Notes: a model not told the origin generated them from the letters alone. DNA of 64,000 bases from Thermostichus sp. DRC_bins_24 (GCA_039794845.1 JAUQVK010000112.1:11121-75120); one strand, 5' to 3'; counted from the first letter of the stretch, positions 31,733 through 42,246 are shown. Numbers and translations are program-made.

Positions 31733-32713
31733 ATGCAAGATCAGCTTCTCACCCTACAAAGCGAAGCGCTTGCCCAAGTGGAGCAAGCCGCCGACCTTGA
31801 GTCTCTAGAACAGTTGCGCATTGAATACCTGGGCAAAAAGGGCAAGCTCTCCAAAATCTTGGGGGGAATGGGAAAGCTGCCCCCAGAAGAACGACCCCTG
31901 GTCGGCGCTTTGGCCAACACCTTCAAAGAGGCCCTGCAGTCTAGCCTGGATCAACGCAAACAAGCCCTCAGCGAAGCCCAACTGCTGAAGCGCCTGGAAG
32001 CAGAGCGGCTGGATGTCACCATGCCGGGATCCCGCCATCCCCTGGGGCGGATCCACCCTCTGCAGGCCACCATCGACCGCATGCTGGATATTTTCGTGGG
32101 TATGGGCTACACAGTGGTGCACGGCCCCGAGATCGAGACGGAGTATTACAATTTTGAGGCCCTCAACACCCCTGCCGACCATCCGGCGCGGGATATGCAG
32201 GATACCCTCTATCTGGAAAACGGCTACCTAATGCGTACCCAAACCTCTTCGGTTCAGGTGCGCTACATGGAGCAACACCAGCCCCCTCTGCGCATCGTGC
32301 ATGCCGGACGGGTGATGCGCCGCGATACCGTCGATGCCACCCACTCGGCGGTGTTCCACCAGATGGAAATTTTGGCGGTGGGAGAAAACCTCACCTTCTC
32401 CGACTTGAAAGGCACCCTCAACGAATTCATCACCCGCCTGTTGGGCAAACGGGAAACCCGCTTTCGCCCCAGCTATTTTCCCTTCACGGAGCCGTCTGCC
32501 GAGATGGATGTGCGCTTTGGCTCAAAGTGGCTGGAAATATTTGGCTGCGGCATGGTTGACCCGAATGTGTTTCAAGCCGTCGGCTATGATCCGGAGCGCT
32601 ACACCGGATTTGCCGCCGGGATCGGCATCGAACGGATGGCCATGCTTTTGCACGGCATTCAAGATATCCGCCTGTTTTATACCAGTGATCTGCGCTTTCT
32701 ATCCCAGTTTTAG
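31733..32713 (+). CDS. pheS: Phenylalanine-tRNA ligase alpha subunit
   Basis: [23 protein letters not shown] and GIGIER motifs. Confidence 0.97.
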   Translation: MQDQLLTLQSEALAQVEQAADLESLEQLRIEYLGKKGKLSKILGGMGKLPPEERPLVGALANTFKEALQSSLDQRKQALSEAQLLKRLEAERLDVTMPGSRHPLGRIHPLQATIDRMLDIFVGMGYTVVHGPEIETEYYNFEALNTPADHPARDMQDTLYLENGYLMRTQTSSVQVRYMEQHQPPLRIVHAGRVMRRDTVDATHSAVFHQMEILAVGENLTFSDLKGTLNEFITRLLGKRETRFRPSYFPFTEPSAEMDVRFGSKWLEIFGCGMVDPNVFQAVGYDPERYTGFAAGIGIERMAMLLHGIQDIRLFYTSDLRFLSQF

Positions 32714-32796
32714 GCGATGGCTTGGGATCCAGAAGGCCAGTCTCCGAAAAGGTTCAAAAGTGTAGAATGTTCAGGGATATCCAGAAAAATCTCTGT

Positions 32797-33093
32797 TCAG
32801 GAGAAGGTCTGCTTATAGATCAGCTGCAGTTGCTCTAGAGCTTCTTTGCGGGCGGCGCGACGCATCAGGCGCATCTGTTCTTCGATCAATTGGCGAGCTT
32901 CGTTGCGGCTAATCGGATCAAAGACCAGCTCTTCCACGGTGGAGGGATCCGCATTGTTATCTGGGGAGCCGAAAGAAACCCGAAAAAAAAGCCTTTGGGC
33001 GTAAAGGGTCGTGAAAAGAGCCTGGTTTTCGTTGACTTGACACAGGCTGTAGAGCAGGCCAAAGGTGGGGTGATTTAGGTAAGACTCACTCAT
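32797..33093 (-). CDS. pipX: PII-interacting protein X
   Basis: YLNHPTFGLLY, LFTTLYAQRLFF, ISRNEAR motifs; start placed at ATG 33093. Confidence 0.9.
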   Translation of the reverse strand: MSESYLNHPTFGLLYSLCQVNENQALFTTLYAQRLFFRVSFGSPDNNADPSTVEELVFDPISRNEARQLIEEQMRLMRRAARKEALEQLQLIYKQTFS

Positions 33094-33309
33094 GCTCAAT
33101 AGCGTATCACCCTTGGAGGAGGAGGGAAGCTTTCCCTCGGCGTTGGGGGGTCGGAGTCCCTGGAATGGCATTGCCATGGCTTTCTGACTAAAGAATCAGA
33201 TTATAAGTTCCATCCAACCCGATTTTTGTTCCCGCGACCCAATTTAACAAAGTTTTTAGTCCGGGGTTTATGCTGAAAGAGTGGATCCCTTTGTGGGTGT
33301 TTTCAACTT

Positions 33310-34239
33310 ATGCCCAGAACCTGTACAATCTATCGCCGTGCCCAATTTGCTGCCAGCCATCGTTATTGGCTGCCCGAGCTCTCGGAAGCCGAAAATTTTG
33401 CCCGATTCGGCCCAAATGCCCGTTTTCCCGGCCATGGACACAATTATGTGTTGCAGGTGGGCATGAGTGGCGAAGTAGACGACTACGGCATGGTGTTAAA
33501 CCTCTCGGAGGTGAAGCAGGTGATCCGGCAGCGGGTGATTCAAGATCTCAACTTTGCCTATCTCAATCAGGCTTGGCCGGAGTTTGCCCAAACCCTACCG
33601 ACCACCGAATGGATTGCCCACACGATTTGGCAACGTTTGGCGGACGCGTTGCCTCTGATAAGCCTTCGTCTATACGAAGATCCCGAGCTTTGGGCCGATT
33701 ATCGAGGAGAAGACATGCAAGCCTATTTGACCGTCGCCACCCATTTCAGCGCTGCCCACCGGTTGGCCTTGGATCACCTCAGTTTGGAGGAAAACACCGA
33801 GATTTACGGCCTCTGCGCACGCCCCCACGGCCATGGCCACAACTACGGCCTGGAAATTACCGTCAAGGGATCCATCGACCCGCGCACGGGCATGATCGTG
33901 GACTTGGGGGCTCTGCAGCGGGTGATCGACCAATGGGTGGTGAAGCCCTTCGACCATACCTTCTTAAACAAAGACATCCCCTACTTCGCCCGGGTGGTGC
34001 CCACTGCCGAAAACATCGTCTTGCGCATCCAGCAGTTGTTGACCTTACCGATTCGGGAGCTGGGAGTACAGTTGCATCGCGTGTATTTGCAGGAAAGTCC
34101 CAACAACAGCAGCGAGGTGTACGGGGAATATCCCCTCGAGGAGTTGCTCACCGCCGCCGAAGGGATCCCCCAGGGAGAGCCCTTAGCCCCGCCAGCCTTT
34201 CGCGACAGCGGGCCGGAGGCCTTTGTTGGATCTCGCTAA
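33310..34239 (+). CDS. Tandem-domain 6-pyruvoyl/6-carboxy-tetrahydropterin synthase (PTPS/QueD family)
   Basis: Two F(A/S)A(S/A)HR...GHGHNY motifs and the PTTEW and PTAEN motifs. Confidence 0.88.
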   Translation: MPRTCTIYRRAQFAASHRYWLPELSEAENFARFGPNARFPGHGHNYVLQVGMSGEVDDYGMVLNLSEVKQVIRQRVIQDLNFAYLNQAWPEFAQTLPTTEWIAHTIWQRLADALPLISLRLYEDPELWADYRGEDMQAYLTVATHFSAAHRLALDHLSLEENTEIYGLCARPHGHGHNYGLEITVKGSIDPRTGMIVDLGALQRVIDQWVVKPFDHTFLNKDIPYFARVVPTAENIVLRIQQLLTLPIRELGVQLHRVYLQESPNNSSEVYGEYPLEELLTAAEGIPQGEPLAPPAFRDSGPEAFVGSR

Positions 34240-34241
34240 GT

Positions 34242-35435
34242 ATGCTGGATCTCGTGAAACTGAGTGGCCAAATCCCCGGCCTCACCCAGCACCTGCAACA
34301 GGAGTCGAAAGCCAGCCAAGAACGTCTGCGCCAAGCTCTGCAGGTGTTCGGGCGCCTACAGCAGGAGCCGCAGGTGTGGCAGTCTCGTCATGCCGAGTGG
34401 AGGGCACAGCTGTCCTTCATCTGTGCCAGTCCGGCGGAACCGCTGGAGAACTGGAGCCCCCCGCCCAAAGTTGAGCCCCTGAAGGGGCGACACACCGTGG
34501 TGGCCGCAGATGGATCCCAGATTGTGCCCAACCATCACGAGATCGCCTACTGCTCTCTAATTAATATCGGGCGGGTGGTCTTGCACTACGGCACCCAGCA
34601 ATGGCCGCTGTTGGATAGCTTGCCGGTGTTGCTCTACCGGTCGGCAGAACTGCAGCACCGTGCTGGCTTAGGGACAGAGGAGGTTTTGGCTTTGCGGCGA
34701 ACCCAAGCGGAGTGGGAGGAGTTGGCTCAGTTGGCCTTGGCCCTGCCCCGTCGCCGCCCCTGCTTGGCGTTGGTGGATGGGGCCTTGATCCCATGGGGCC
34801 TAGAGCCGCTCTCTGGGCAGGAGCAACGCCTGTGGTTGGATCCCCTCTTGGCGGTGCTAGAACGCCTACGGTTGGCCCGGATCCCGTTGGTGGGGTATGT
34901 TAGCGCCTCTCGCAGCAGCGAAACGGTGAATTACCTGCGCCTTGGCCTTTGCCCCTATTTGGGGTGTGAGTGTCATCGCTACTGCCCCCCCGGAACGGTT
35001 ACCCCCTGTCAGCCGTTTGCGCCGTTGCCGGATCGGGTCTTTTGGGGATCCCTACTGCAGCCGGGGGAACGCAGCCCCCTCTGGCGCTGTGGGGCCAAGG
35101 TGTTGGATCCCTTCGGGGAGCACCATATTCACTGCTGTTACCTGAATGTGAGCCGGGGATCCCTGACGGAACCCGAGATTGCCCGATTGGAGTTTCCCGC
35201 CTGGGTTGCTGCGGATGAGGAATTGCTCAAGCGGGCCTTGGCGGGGGTGCTGAGCCAAGTCCAGAAGGGCTTCGGATACCCGGTGGCCTTGGCAGAAGCC
35301 CATCACTTGGCAGTGGTGCGCGGCGGGGATCGTCAACGATTTTTTGCCCTGATCGAGCAGGAACTGGTTCGTACGGGTCTGCGCAATGTAGCGGTGTCCC
35401 AGAAGGAAGCCCAGAAGCGGGGTGGGATTGCTTAG
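34242..35435 (+). CDS. NurA-family nuclease
   Basis: AADGSQI, LVDGAL and GYPVALAEAH motifs; ATG 2 bp after the PTPS stop. Confidence 0.85.
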   Translation: MLDLVKLSGQIPGLTQHLQQESKASQERLRQALQVFGRLQQEPQVWQSRHAEWRAQLSFICASPAEPLENWSPPPKVEPLKGRHTVVAADGSQIVPNHHEIAYCSLINIGRVVLHYGTQQWPLLDSLPVLLYRSAELQHRAGLGTEEVLALRRTQAEWEELAQLALALPRRRPCLALVDGALIPWGLEPLSGQEQRLWLDPLLAVLERLRLARIPLVGYVSASRSSETVNYLRLGLCPYLGCECHRYCPPGTVTPCQPFAPLPDRVFWGSLLQPGERSPLWRCGAKVLDPFGEHHIHCCYLNVSRGSLTEPEIARLEFPAWVAADEELLKRALAGVLSQVQKGFGYPVALAEAHHLAVVRGGDRQRFFALIEQELVRTGLRNVAVSQKEAQKRGGIA

Positions 35436-35440
35436 CAGCC

Positions 35441-35539
35441 TTGACATTCTCCCCGCCCTCAGGACGAGGCTTTTTTCTTGGCCCTACTTGATCAGTTTGG
35501 TTGGCGGGACCCCGTCGGCAGCACTCAAGGAGTCTGTTT
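35441..35539 (-). mobile_element. IS200/IS605 (tnpB-type) right-end remnant
   Basis: Minus strand ends AAAGCCTCGTCCTGAGGGCGGGGAGAATGTCAA, matching the subterminal hairpin + TCAA end of IS605-group elements. Confidence 0.6.
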
Positions 35540-35646
35540 TAGAGTCGTTGCAATTAAGGCTGAAACAGCCCCCTCACCCCCGGCCCCTCTCCCAGAGCGG
35601 GAGAGGGGGGTCAGAGAGTGTATCGTTCTCATTTGGAGTGACTATA
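35540..35646. mobile_element. MITE family 2, copy A
   Basis: Termini TAGAGTCG...TGACTATA with an internal CCCTCACCCC..CCCTCTCCC..GGGAGAGGGG hairpin; homologous to 26001-26131. Confidence 0.75.
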
Positions 35647-35756
35647 GAATCATCAGAATCACCTTCCGAATCAAACCGAAATCTGGAGATCTCTCGACAT
35701 CGGATCCTCCTCACCGCGCCCTAGAGGGTAAGGCCCGTCGATGATCTGGGATCTAG

Positions 35757-37364
35757 TCAGAGCAAGGGCAATTGTCGGCTAATGCGCACCATCGGCCCCA
35801 GCCCCAATCCCGTCGGGCTCAATGCCTGCATTTCAAACAGGGCCAAGATGTGCCGCATCTGCAACTCCGGTCGCACGGAAGTTACCCCCATGGCCACCAC
35901 CAAACCACAATAGCCACCCGTATCGCGGCAGCGCCGTTCCCAGCGTTTGCGAGCCATGGAGTGGATGGGGTCATCTTCGGGAAACTCCCCGAACAAGTGT
36001 AGGTCGCGGTTGCCCGTCTGCACAATTTCTAGGTCGTAACGGTCGCCACCGAAGGGATCCACCCCCGTATTGAAACAAACCCCCTGGGGCCCACCTTCCC
36101 CGCGCAGATTCTCGATGAGTTGCTTCGCCTTGGGTCGGGAGGTACGCACGATCACCACAGGCAGCCCTTCGCCACTCTCCACCAGCTTGCTTTCGGGGAG
36201 TGGATGCAATTGCCCCATCAGCCGCAGCGCCTCTACCGTTGTCCAGGGCAAGACCCCCAAACCCAGTTGGGCCCCCTCGGGTACCAAATCATCCCGCAGC
36301 AGAGTTTGGGTGGATGCTTCGGTCGCCTCTCCCAACTCCAGCAGGTCTTCAGCCAAGTCTGGCAGGGTTCGTACCTGTACCCAGAGGGTTGTCCCTTTCG
36401 CCTGGGGATGAGGAATGCGATACCGCCCCTGACAGGGTTGAAAGTCCTCCTCGAGCTTGCGGCGATGTTGCCTGAGAAAGCGATGCAACGCTTCCAAGGC
36501 CACCAACAAGATTGCTGCCTCATCTTCCTGTAGGGCAGAACGCAAGCCCTCCAGAGGGTGGATAGTACCGAAGTTCGGCTCAATGGCATCCGGATCCAAC
36601 TCCGCCAAGTCCAGATCCGGCAGCTCGTTCAGCTCAGGATTGCGAGCCTGAAAGGTAAGGTAGAGGCAATCCTGCTTGAGGAAGGCTTCTTCCATTTCTT
36701 CTGGGCTATCCGGCTGGCCCGCATCCTGGCGAAACTGCTTGAGGGAATGCAGCGAGCGGTAAAACAGCACCCCATACTCCATGCCCAGCCGCCCCATCAC
36801 CGAGACGTAGAGGGTTTCCAGATCCCACCGGTTTAGCTCGATGGCCAGAACCTGGTGATCTTCTAGGTAATCCCAGGGGGCATCCTGCCAAAGGGTGAGG
36901 GCCTTGTTGGTCAGTGGCTCCGCGTAGGTTTCCGGCAGGGGGGGAGGGATCCGCTCATTGGCTTCTTCGAAGCTCTGGAGAATTTCATCGATCAGGGGCA
37001 AGTCCGGCTGACACTCCACCTTAATGTCCAGCTCGTGCAAAACGCCGCGCAAGAAAAACTGCACCTCCCGATCGCGCACGATGATCTTCTGGGGACGGGC
37101 AGGTGAAGCTGCATGGGGTCGCTCCATCGCCAAAATTAGGGTGCGCACCATCGGCTCAATGCCGGAGCGAGGGGGCACCACTTCCATGGCCCGTACCACG
37201 CCCTGAATGCCGTCCACCCACAGGATGCACTCCCCTTCTGTGGAACCCGACTGGGATCCCATGCGGAGTCGTCCCGAGAGGCTGTGTCGATCCCCTTCCC
37301 ACACCGATGGCACCTGGGGCAACTTTTGTAAGCGACGAACCGTAGCGGCGGGGAGACCGGACAT
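35757..37364 (-). CDS. Conserved cyanobacterial hypothetical protein (DUF6930-like)
   Basis: LQKLPQVPSVWEGDR start, LWVDGIQGVVRAM, VMGRLGMEYGVLFYRS. Confidence 0.75.
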   Translation of the reverse strand: MSGLPAATVRRLQKLPQVPSVWEGDRHSLSGRLRMGSQSGSTEGECILWVDGIQGVVRAMEVVPPRSGIEPMVRTLILAMERPHAASPARPQKIIVRDREVQFFLRGVLHELDIKVECQPDLPLIDEILQSFEEANERIPPPLPETYAEPLTNKALTLWQDAPWDYLEDHQVLAIELNRWDLETLYVSVMGRLGMEYGVLFYRSLHSLKQFRQDAGQPDSPEEMEEAFLKQDCLYLTFQARNPELNELPDLDLAELDPDAIEPNFGTIHPLEGLRSALQEDEAAILLVALEALHRFLRQHRRKLEEDFQPCQGRYRIPHPQAKGTTLWVQVRTLPDLAEDLLELGEATEASTQTLLRDDLVPEGAQLGLGVLPWTTVEALRLMGQLHPLPESKLVESGEGLPVVIVRTSRPKAKQLIENLRGEGGPQGVCFNTGVDPFGGDRYDLEIVQTGNRDLHLFGEFPEDDPIHSMARKRWERRCRDTGGYCGLVVAMGVTSVRPELQMRHILALFEMQALSPTGLGLGPMVRISRQLPLL

Positions 37365-37661
37365 AGACATCCAAAGAAAACAAGAGAACAACCCATGGAT
37401 CAGCACACTGCAACCAGGGATCGGCCTTGGCCATTTTGGCAGCAAGACCAAGGGATCTCGCTGGCTTAATCACCAGTGTAGGAGCTGAGCCCCTCTTCAG
37501 CGATAGGAGATGGCCTGGCTCTGGGGTGGTATGGAAAACGGATCCCCCATGAAACCGGCATATCACTGTCGCACTATTGTCGCACTGTAGGCAGCTGTTG
37601 ACGGGAGCAAGGGGTAACCCGTCCCATGCCTGGATAGCTTATGCTGTAAAGCTCTTGCTGA

Positions 37662-37734
37662 AGCTGATGGTCAGATTCGAACTGACGACCGCTCGATTAC
37701 AAGTCGAGTGCTCTACCAACTGAGCTACACCAGC
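37662..37734 (-). tRNA. tRNA-Thr(UGU)
   Basis: GCTGGTGTAGCTCAGTTGGTAGAGC, anticodon arm CTCGA-CTTGTAA-TCGAG, TTCGAAT T-loop, acceptor stem GCTGGTG/CATCAGC. Confidence 0.97.
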
Positions 37735-37872
37735 GATTTAGGCTTATCGATCTTAGCACTCCCTTCCCTACTCTTATCCTCTGACCTTACTCAAGCCCTT
37801 GCTTCTCTTCACGTAGGAGCCAGAGTGAGGGGCTCCGTCCCGCCGGGCAAAACGTCGGAAAAGGCTCTAGCC

Positions 37873-38247
37873 CTACCGTTCCTCGGGAAATCCGGCTTCC
37901 CGCCAGCCCCGTATTCCGCCATCCATAGAGATCACTTTCCGGTATCCCATCTTTCTCAGGTTGTCTGCTGCCAAGGCGGAGCGAAACCCACCCCCACAGT
38001 AGAGAATGATTTCTGCCTCTTTATCAGGGATGGCCGTTTCGATATCCCGCTCGATGATCCCTTTGCCCAAGTGCATGGCTCCCGCGGCATGGCCCGCCTG
38101 CCATTCCGACTCCTCCCGCACATCCACAAAATAAAAGGGATCCCCTTGCAGTTGCTTCTGTCGTACCTGCTGAACCGTCAGTTCTTGAATGCGGCTTTTG
38201 GCATCGTTGACCAAGGCCAAAAACGCAGGGGAGTGCTGAGGGGCCAT
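37873..38247 (-). CDS. Rhodanese-like domain protein
   Basis: VDVREESEWQAGH, LYCGGGFRSAL, SMDGGIRGW. Confidence 0.92.
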   Translation of the reverse strand: MAPQHSPAFLALVNDAKSRIQELTVQQVRQKQLQGDPFYFVDVREESEWQAGHAAGAMHLGKGIIERDIETAIPDKEAEIILYCGGGFRSALAADNLRKMGYRKVISMDGGIRGWREAGFPEER

Positions 38248-38332
38248 AGGGAACTCTCAAAAAAGAGGGACACATCGCAAGCCAAAGTTCGGCTCACCTC
38301 CTGGATCTTAAACGGCGCAAGGCTAGACTGGG

Positions 38333-39253
38333 ATGCAGATTTGCCTGCTGGAGGCCCACGGTTTGAGATCCCCCTTTGCCCTTTCCCCACTGCTCTGGCC
38401 CCTTGCCTCTGCCCTCTGTCTGGGGATCCCGTTGATGGGTGCCGGTGCTGCCCTGGCTCAGCCTGCCCCCACACAATTGGAAGGTGGGATCCAACGCCAA
38501 GTATCCAGTTCTCCGCCTGCTCCTTTGGTGGAATGGCTCAACCGGCAGATCGAAGCGGCCAACCGCCGCGATTTGGAAGGGGTGATGGCCACCTACAGCC
38601 CTGAGTTTCATCATCGGGATGGCTTGGATCGAGAAGCAGTGAAGCGCTCCATCCAGAAGCTCTGGGAAAACCACCCCGATCTCACCTACTCCGCTCAAAT
38701 TGTGTCTTGGCGGCAGGTGGGCCCCGATATCATTGCCGATGTGGCGAGCCAACTGGAGGGATCCCAAACTTCGGTGCGGGGCGACTTTCAAGTAGAAGCC
38801 TCCACGCTGGTGCGCAATCGCTATCGCCCAGATCCCGCCAATCCTGAACAACTGCTGTTGATCGACCAGGAAGTGTTGCGGGAAGCGAGCACCCTCACCT
38901 CCGGCTCGGCCCCGCCCACGGTCACCTTCAACTTGCCGGATGTGGTCAAGCCCGGCTCCACCTATTCTTTGCAGGCAATTGTGGCAGAACCCCTGACCCG
39001 CTCGCTGCTTTTGGGGGCGGTGACGGAACAACCCATTACCCCCTCCGGCTACCCGGAAGTTACCTCGTTTCCCCTCGAACCGTTGCAGGCAGGGGGCATT
39101 TTCCGTCAGGCGGATGCCCCGAAGGAACCCGGTGCAGAGTGGATTTCCGTGATGCTGGTGAATCAAACGGGCATTACCCTGGAGAGCCGTCGTCTCACCG
39201 TCAGCGACCGCTTGGCCCTAGAGGGATCCCTGGCTGCCCCTGCCAATCCTTAA
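38333..39253 (+). CDS. Exported NTF2/SnoaL-like domain protein
   Basis: Signal peptide, AANRRDLEGVMATYSPEF..DGL motif. Confidence 0.7.
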   Translation: MQICLLEAHGLRSPFALSPLLWPLASALCLGIPLMGAGAALAQPAPTQLEGGIQRQVSSSPPAPLVEWLNRQIEAANRRDLEGVMATYSPEFHHRDGLDREAVKRSIQKLWENHPDLTYSAQIVSWRQVGPDIIADVASQLEGSQTSVRGDFQVEASTLVRNRYRPDPANPEQLLLIDQEVLREASTLTSGSAPPTVTFNLPDVVKPGSTYSLQAIVAEPLTRSLLLGAVTEQPITPSGYPEVTSFPLEPLQAGGIFRQADAPKEPGAEWISVMLVNQTGITLESRRLTVSDRLALEGSLAAPANP

Positions 39254-39480
39254 AGAATCTTCACAAGACGGGGAATGCCTTCGGGGTAACCTAAGCTGTC
39301 AGTTGTGCTTGTGAAGGTGCGCCAGGGTTGGGCGCATAAGGCGGTAAACTATGCATGCTTCGGTTCGCCTGCTCTGCTTTTTGGTGTTGGGTCTGTTCTT
39401 GGTCGGTTGCAGCGGTGGCAACTCTGTAGGTGCGCCGGTGGTGGATCGGCAAACCCCCACACCTGGAGGCAGTTGATCCC

Positions 39481-40518
39481 TCACCCTCCAGAGCCCAGCG
39501 CTTCCTCAACCGTGATGGTGACCAAGGGTTGACCCTGAAAGGCGGTGCCGGTTTGCTGTCGGCGGAAGTGGTTCCGAGCCATCTCATAAGCCCGACCGGA
39601 TAGGGGCAAGAAGCGCACCAACGGGATCCAGCGCTCCGGCTCACTTAGATACGCCTCAATGAAATCTCCGATTTGGGGTTTCTCCGCCAAAGAATCCGTA
39701 TTGATATACAGCAGCAGAGGGCGGCTAAGGGGGCGATATTCCAAGCTGCGGATGGTCTCTAATTTGGGAAAAATCGGGCCGCGTCCGCTATCGAGGGGAA
39801 TGGGCTTGAGATCTTCCCAATGGCGCAGGTAATTGCCAATGTCAAAAAAACCCAAGGCATCGGGATCGTTGCTAATTTCTTCTACCAAAAACTCCAGATC
39901 TTCACTGGCCACATAATCGATGCGGCTGGATCCCGCTTCTCCAACCACAACTTGCGTGAAGTAATCGTAAGTACCCGAATCTTGACCACGGCCATACAAA
40001 TTCAACGGGCGATCCGGCCAACCAGAGCGTACCTGTGACCAGCGGGTGATCTGGCCTTCGGCAGCAGGCTCCCAAATCTTCTTGAGTTCTTGCAGGGTGA
40101 TGTCATTTGCCCAAGCATTATTGGGGTGAGCCACAATGGAAATGGCATCCATCGCAACAGGGATCTCGATGTATTCGATGCCATTTAACTCACAGAGGGC
40201 CATCTCTTCTCGGATAATCGGTCGAGAGGCATTTTGAATATCGGTTTCTCCCTCACAAAACTTGCGGAAACCTGCTCTTGTCCCGGAAAAATTGAGCTTG
40301 ATTTCAGCTGCTTGACGATTGTTGCGGCGATAACGCCGAATAGCTGAGTCTGTCAGTGGGTAAACGGTACTGGATCCGTCGATCACAATGGTGCTGTTGG
40401 TCTGAGCGGAACCATAATGGGCCAAAACAAGGGTGAAAAGACTGCCTAGCAAAAGCGCGATGAGCATGATCCCTGCAGTGGCAGAGCGCCCCATGCGGCG
40501 AAAAAGTGACGTGAGCAT
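39481..40518 (-). CDS. pstS: PstS/SphX-family phosphate-binding protein
   Basis: [17 protein letters not shown] and YRPLSRPL motifs; N-terminal hydrophobic signal without a lipobox Cys. Confidence 0.85.
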   Translation of the reverse strand: MLTSLFRRMGRSATAGIMLIALLLGSLFTLVLAHYGSAQTNSTIVIDGSSTVYPLTDSAIRRYRRNNRQAAEIKLNFSGTRAGFRKFCEGETDIQNASRPIIREEMALCELNGIEYIEIPVAMDAISIVAHPNNAWANDITLQELKKIWEPAAEGQITRWSQVRSGWPDRPLNLYGRGQDSGTYDYFTQVVVGEAGSSRIDYVASEDLEFLVEEISNDPDALGFFDIGNYLRHWEDLKPIPLDSGRGPIFPKLETIRSLEYRPLSRPLLLYINTDSLAEKPQIGDFIEAYLSEPERWIPLVRFLPLSGRAYEMARNHFRRQQTGTAFQGQPLVTITVEEALGSGG

Positions 40519-40569
40519 CGTCCGTATTCCCTCAGGAAATGTATTCACAAAGAACAACTGAATTTGAAC

Positions 40570-40842
40570 TTAGCGATTGATCAATTTCTTGAGACTGTCT
40601 CGCAGATTATGCAACACCTCATCGATGAGGGATTTCAGATCCTGCCAGGCTTCATCGGTGGCCTTTGCCAAGTCTTCTGAGCGGATTTGTGCCGATTGCA
40701 GATGGTGTTCTAGTCGCTCAATTTCCTCATGTTGAGCTGCCTCACGAGCCTCCTGATACTTGGCCTTGAGATTCTCCAAAACCTGCTTGGCTTCTACAAT
40801 CTGTTGTTCCAAATGATGGAGATATTCTGTCTTAGAATTCAT
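40570..40842 (-). CDS. 90-aa coiled-coil protein (Sll1863-like stress protein)
   Basis: KTEYLHHLEQQI...LKAK...AWQDLKS pattern. Confidence 0.65.
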   Translation of the reverse strand: MNSKTEYLHHLEQQIVEAKQVLENLKAKYQEAREAAQHEEIERLEHHLQSAQIRSEDLAKATDEAWQDLKSLIDEVLHNLRDSLKKLINR

Positions 40843-40879
40843 TTCATCTCTTCTCCAGTGGATGGGAATAGCTATCCAT

Positions 40880-40985
40880 TACAGCCTTTCCACTAGTCAC
40901 CTACAACTGTAGAAGCCGAGGCTTTTCCTTCCAGTTGACTTAAGAAGTGCAAGTCTTGTTCTAGAAAATCCGCGCAAAGGCTGTA
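40880..40985. mobile_element. MITE family 1, copy 2 (shorter, inverted)
   Basis: Perfect 11-bp inverted repeat TTACAGCCTTT (40879-89) / AAAGGCTGTAA (40976-86); homologous to 2334-2480. Confidence 0.6.
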
Positions 40986-41035
40986 ACTGTGCTTGTCAAG
41001 TTGGCTCAAATGACCTTTCGCCAGACCGTAGGCCC

Positions 41036-42214
41036 TTAGAACAACAGCGAGATGCCCAAACATACAGCGGGCAGCAGGAAGAAAACCCCGATCACGTAGA
41101 TCAGCGCCACAATTTTGTGTTCGCTTGCCGCCTTTGCCAAAGCTTCCGCACCCAAGACTGGCAATTGCCGCAAGGGTTGAATGCCAAGCAAAAACGGGAT
41201 CCCGAAAATGAGGATCACACCCAAAAAGTTAAACAAGAAGTGAACCACCGCAATCTCAAGAGCAGGCAAGGCCGTGGCCCCGGTTACCGCTGTTGCTGCC
41301 AGAAGGGCGGTGACACAGGTGCCCACATTAGCGCCCAAAGTAAAAGGGTAGATCTCCACCAAGCCAAACACCCCTGATCCGGCCAAGGGAACCATCAAGC
41401 TGGTGGTGGTGGAAGACGACTGCACCAAAATCGTCATCAGGGTACCAGAGGCAATGCCCATCAAAGGGCCACGCCCAATGGCGGTATGCAAAATATCTTT
41501 GGCTTTACCCACCAACAAATTCTTCAGCAGTTTGCCCACGTAGTAAATGGAGAAGAAAATCAGGATGATGCCCAAAAGAATTTGCAGGATGCCGTTCAAG
41601 GGTGCAGGGAAAAAGTTGGTTCCCCCCGTGATCAGCTTAGCGGTGGGGGCAGTAGCAAATCCAACGAAGTTTAGCCCCTTCATACTCAGGGATCCCTCGC
41701 CGACAAACACGGATCCGAGAGCCAAACTGAGTCTTTCTAAGGGGTGGAACAAAATCTCGAGGGGCAAGAAAATCATGACGGCGATGAGGTTGAACATGTC
41801 CAACACCGTGGCTGCCGAAAACGCTCGTCGAAACTCTTCTTTATCGGCCACATGTCCGGCACTGACCAAGGTATTGGTGATCGAGGTGCCGATGTTGGCT
41901 CCCATGATCATGGGAATGGCAGTAGCGACGGGCAATCCTCCAGCCACTAAGCCGACCACAATTGAAGTCGTGGTACTCGATGACTGAATCAGGGCTGTGG
42001 CTACCGTACCGACAATCAAACCCAAGAAAGGATTGGTGGCAAAGGCAAATAGGGCATTGGCCTGTGTTCCAAGGGCCACCTTAAAGCCAGAACCGATCAC
42101 ACTTACCGCAACGATCAACAAATAGATAAGCGCCAAAACGCTGAGCCAACTGAAAAAGGGCTTTTGACCTGTCTCAGCCAGAGGGGGTAAGGCTGCTGCT
42201 TGATCACCACTCAT
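41036..42214 (-). CDS. Na+/phosphate cotransporter (NptA/PNaS family)
   Basis: Two QSSSTTTS repeats and the GANIGTS and GANVGT motifs. Confidence 0.92.
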   Translation of the reverse strand: MSGDQAAALPPLAETGQKPFFSWLSVLALIYLLIVAVSVIGSGFKVALGTQANALFAFATNPFLGLIVGTVATALIQSSSTTTSIVVGLVAGGLPVATAIPMIMGANIGTSITNTLVSAGHVADKEEFRRAFSAATVLDMFNLIAVMIFLPLEILFHPLERLSLALGSVFVGEGSLSMKGLNFVGFATAPTAKLITGGTNFFPAPLNGILQILLGIILIFFSIYYVGKLLKNLLVGKAKDILHTAIGRGPLMGIASGTLMTILVQSSSTTTSLMVPLAGSGVFGLVEIYPFTLGANVGTCVTALLAATAVTGATALPALEIAVVHFLFNFLGVILIFGIPFLLGIQPLRQLPVLGAEALAKAASEHKIVALIYVIGVFFLLPAVCLGISLLF

Positions 42215-42246
42215 AAATAAAAAGTCTTAATTCTAAGATCTCTGTG

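Noticed and set aside
33270-34241. 324-codon open frame upstream of nurA overlapping PTPS (possible frameshift fusion)
   Set aside because: Similar long same-strand -1-frame ORFs overlap ileS (224 aa) and ligA (266 aa) here; the translation is not protein-like and nurA has its own ATG.
37662-37734. tRNA-Thr as an island integration site
   Set aside because: No duplicated 3' end or integrase seen; flanking genes look host-like.
37753-37761. TTAGCACTC, half of a CIRCE element
   Set aside because: No GAGTGCTAA 9 bp downstream; no full CIRCE was seen upstream of hrcA either.
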